Part shown: one piece after another, positions 61,801-64,000 of the stretch
Numbering within the stretch: position 1 is the stretch's first letter
Layout of the letters: the number at the start of each line of letters is the position of its first letter
Assembly (NCBI GenBank): GCA_004431415.1
Contig: QPMI01000024.1
Span: 1 to 64,000 of the forward strand
From: Cyanophora paradoxa CCMP329
Taxonomy: Eukaryota > Plantae > Glaucophyta
DNA length: 64,000 nucleotides
Direction of reading: 5' to 3'
Made by a program: the position numbers and the translations under genes
Notes under the pieces: generated by a model
The model's database searches: none
What the model saw: only the letters and a program-made list of their open reading frames with translations
Told to the model about the DNA's origin: nothing

Positions 61801-64000
61801 AGCGCGAGGCGCGCGCGGTGCTTGCTGCAACGCAGGCGATGGTCACGGGCTCGACGTCTGCACCCCAGCAGCCCGCTGCTTCCAGCAATGCAAGCGGCGC
61901 ACCGGTTTCTTCGACCGCTCCGACGGCCGGCCCTCTCACGCCGGAGCCTGCGCCGTCCAACGTCGACCGCGACCACATTACGCCGGCGCTCCAAGTGTAC
62001 GGAGCACCCGTTCCCGGCGCGGAGGACGTTGCGCGCCCGTACCTCGAGCTCCTCGCCTACGCTGCACACGCCAAGCGGCAGGACAACATCAACTACCGTG
62101 CCGACGTCGTCAGCTCTGCTCACTACCCGACGGGCTTCCCGGGAGGCGACTTCCGCACGGTTACGTTCGAGGCCCTCCTCATCGTTCCTGTGCAGGGCAA
62201 GACGTTGGCGATCGCTGCTCCCAGGGGACCCGCCCTCTGCTCGCGGGAAGCCGGCAAGCGGCCGCGCGGTTACACTTACGACTCGCGAGTCGCCGGCGAG
62301 ACTTCGTCGTACTTCATCAAGCCGCACCACAACTTCCGCCCCTGCTTCATGCAGGCGCAGGACGACGTGACGGACTTGTATGCGGTTGACCTCCGCACGG
62401 ACAGCTCCTCCGTCAAGAGCTCGGCCCCGTATTTGAAGGAGTTCTGCCCTCACTGCGAGCAGTTCCCGGCCAAGCGGAGGGGCTCGGGGCCGTTGGAACC
62501 GGTGGAGTTGCACGTTGTGCGAGCGCGGCTTCACGAATCGCCGGCGTACCTCCAGACGGCTCACCGCTTCATGCTGGATGAGCTCTCCCGCCTTCCTCTC
62601 ACTGCGCCTCCTAACACTCCGGAGCACCGCCCCTACTTCCTCTTCGTCGCGGGCCCCATCACTGTGACTGCTCGCGCGCCGGGCGACCTCGGCAAATTGC
62701 CGCGCCCGCTGCCGCCGGCAAGCAACAGGAACCCGACTGTACCGCTTCGCACGCAAGGCGCTTCCAGTCACCCGTACTACACGGTCCTGATGGCGGCCGG
62801 CCCGGACCTCCCCGACGGCAAGGCAACCCGCAGGGCTTACCAGAAGGCCTTCGCGGCCGTCGTGGATGGTACGGCAACGAAGGAGCAGCAGGACGTGGTA
62901 CTCCGCGAGGGCGTTCGGCAGCGTCCGCACACCAACTGGCACCTGGCCCACGCCTCGAGCTCCAAGGCCTCGGGGACTCCGTCGTCTTCGTCGACGCCCT
63001 CCCGCCCGACCGCGACCACGGCCGCGCAGCCGTCGTCACACGCGCAGCCTACACCGCCCGTGCAGCTGTCTTCGTCCACGGCCACGCAGCCGTCGACGTC
63101 GTCAGCCCCACACGCGACTCGGACCTCGACCGACGCCCCGTCCGACGAGATGGCGTTCCCGGCGTGCACGCAGAGCGCGTTTGCCCAGACGTACGCAGAC
63201 CTGTACACCCTGCAGCTCCGCCGCAGGGGCGACATCCGCTTCGACAGCTGGTCCTCGGTGGTGCACGACATCCTTTCGTACCTGAAGACTGAGAAGCCGC
63301 CCCGCCCGAAGCTTGCTCTGGGGGTCGCAATGCACCTTACGGGCACGCCCTCCTTCGCTCACCTGCCGGCGCTGGATCCCGCTGCTCTCTCGCGCGAGTT
63401 CGGCCTCAGCCCCATCCCCATCTACATCCCCCCCGCCTTCCCCGCTGCCGCGGCTCCGACGCGATCGGACCCGCCGAATGCTGCGGTGCCAACGACGGCG
63501 ACGACGAACCAGCGTCCCGCGGGGCCGCCGCACCTCACGGAGCCCTGGCCGCCCCTAGAGGTGCTTGGTACGGCGTTGACCCCGACTTCTGCGAACCCGC
63601 CGATCGCAGCAACGCTGGCCACGATGCCCTCGACGCCGGCACCCCCGCCCGCGCTCTCCGACTCGACGATGGCGACGTTCCGCAACACCATCCGCGCTTG
63701 CCTCGCTCAGTCAAACGCACGGGAGCTGGAGCAGCTCTTCCAGTTGGCGGCGGCGACGCTTCGCGCCCGCTTTCGTGCGGCGGGGTCCGTCCTCTACAAC
63801 GCGCACGGCGGCGACGAGATCTTCAACAAGATGACGCCGCTGGACTTGTGCTTCTCTCCGGGAACGCGGGCTTTCTACCTTCGCTTCGCTCCGCACGAGC
63901 TTCGCAGCCCCGTCCCTTGCCCGGCCCCCTACACGCCAAACGCACGCGGGGGACTGCCGATCAAGCACACTCACTCGTACCATGTCGTCGTCATTTACCC
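58830..64000 (+). CDS. Very long gag-like retroelement ORF (>1,720 codons, runs off window)
   Basis: Translated by hand from ATG 58830 (MDSTHFGDAP...); frame still open at 64000, so omitted by the ORF track. Two CCHC knuckles CYLCGVFGHLAAHC and CLRCGQEGHIMRDC (60771-60869) followed by an RGG tract. Confidence 0.85.
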   Translation, partial: MDSTHFGDAPRRCSATNTLLQELTDVAAVTSNASAEREALNALSNTERPILIDCGGGICITSPGNPLTPQGVAAWRDDAQRAIDGDTKRYSDADDGSKLALAGATLAAKALPSQYQASIHDMINQTRQLTRDLAKAKEESRDAADAVTDHVREKGPDVADRSRDTRETRHRLLTKHDNCKRTVRRITDRLESDHCIRGLPSLVRWVAINITEQERFRTQTVLLQAYNGYPLPEMVSTVAKILSFVGAGLVCKLEGQPTPMEVYNVIMKMIAARDLESGRYPLGDYQLAKMDNFKQARRASREVKELAMKHQPPADLLNDVQACNAAVANFLLEVPWQLRTFPWKDVSRRSATVAPPASASSSRSAEKSTARAASTRDPFDSSASVSDEQLAARAARTRDQRSHDHDDEEDVDHEHTKPRSSQSSTPSHQHHLGCCGGQYDNMFRASAASDRVLQFQLGHISRARLLHESQSTEFETPTGDMTVYGDDDEIEYPFNYADIGYVYQNATAPQTAPLYQATAPPPAGSSANSTRPQTRPSDHNFNMPRLQTKTDLLAGLNILRPDKPVRPNGTRWLCDRCVKAGLPEDACWHFGDDYLLCTTHWYRSELCNLPTSDPVVAQLHARLGLTPSTSTSTGVPTAALRTQQPRACYLCGVFGHLAAHCEWANKCLRCGQEGHIMRDCPNPNGGGPGGRGGGGRGGFGRGGGAPGGGCGGPSGGRGSFGGGYGGGRGGGGGGGRGGAPTQPQGVPFQAATRASRPPVTMGISYTTCPPPPSVPLDDEPMPDASTAPSHVDAAASASQSGLFPSSTTPAPSHADAATPTLPTAAPSRVEAAAAVPAIPVAASRVPSHDDATTGTTVITATQASAPASSTSTPSTVGTSGTLTPSRADAASTPTVPAALTRFTPPAAKPTAPLPVDAARTTPGLKTSKELALEVKARLKAAQVRIQEQAHWAAERALGTHGSNVAAVRVCPVNVTTGGRSSPRPRSALNIEREARAVLAATQAMVTGSTSAPQQPAASSNASGAPVSSTAPTAGPLTPEPAPSNVDRDHITPALQVYGAPVPGAEDVARPYLELLAYAAHAKRQDNINYRADVVSSAHYPTGFPGGDFRTVTFEALLIVPVQGKTLAIAAPRGPALCSREAGKRPRGYTYDSRVAGETSSYFIKPHHNFRPCFMQAQDDVTDLYAVDLRTDSSSVKSSAPYLKEFCPHCEQFPAKRRGSGPLEPVELHVVRARLHESPAYLQTAHRFMLDELSRLPLTAPPNTPEHRPYFLFVAGPITVTARAPGDLGKLPRPLPPASNRNPTVPLRTQGASSHPYYTVLMAAGPDLPDGKATRRAYQKAFAAVVDGTATKEQQDVVLREGVRQRPHTNWHLAHASSSKASGTPSSSSTPSRPTATTAAQPSSHAQPTPPVQLSSSTATQPSTSSAPHATRTSTDAPSDEMAFPACTQSAFAQTYADLYTLQLRRRGDIRFDSWSSVVHDILSYLKTEKPPRPKLALGVAMHLTGTPSFAHLPALDPAALSREFGLSPIPIYIPPAFPAAAAPTRSDPPNAAVPTTATTNQRPAGPPHLTEPWPPLEVLGTALTPTSANPPIAATLATMPSTPAPPPALSDSTMATFRNTIRACLAQSNARELEQLFQLAAATLRARFRAAGSVLYNAHGGDEIFNKMTPLDLCFSPGTRAFYLRFAPHELRSPVPCPAPYTPNARGGLPIKHTHSYHVVVIY

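Noticed and set aside
59681-63983. Long minus-strand and alternative-frame ORFs (e.g. 61464-62951)
   Set aside because: GC-rich shadows of the giant plus-strand ORF.

Overview
Eukaryotic genomic DNA from a GC-rich, intron-dense organism with short GT(G/A/C)CG...GCAG introns (protist/alga-like; taxon not determinable here). Many 1-bp deletions in homopolymer runs break otherwise clean genes and look like long-read consensus errors. Four zones. (1) 1-20.5 kb: a modular amplified cluster of intron-containing genes. It includes an F-box protein, a Ulp1/C48 SUMO-type protease and a family of small two-intron genes sharing a predicted beta-grasp (ubiquitin-like) domain. Six of these carry an N-terminal mimic of the histone H3 tail, one matching H3 P16-S28 (PRKQLATKAARKS) exactly. 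A conserved GC-rich element with 14-bp repeats sits between divergent gene pairs. This is the best candidate for an undescribed system, a possible chromatin decoy/anti-silencing module. (2) About 20.8-29.95 kb: a compact, essentially intron-less virus-like segment with tail-fibre genes (incl. S74 chaperone), an FN3/Gly-rich protein, two paralogous beta-rich proteins, a degenerate HNH and three (GGGACTT)n arrays. No capsid, ATPase, polymerase or integrase is recognisable. (3) 30-56 kb: MITEs, three near-identical copies of an L1/Tx1-like LINE, and a polycystin-2 (TRPP)-like gene whose whole channel domain is tandemly duplicated across an apparently in-frame junction. (4) 57-64 kb: the start of a large retroelement with a >1,700-codon gag-like ORF that runs off the window and is missing from the ORF track.
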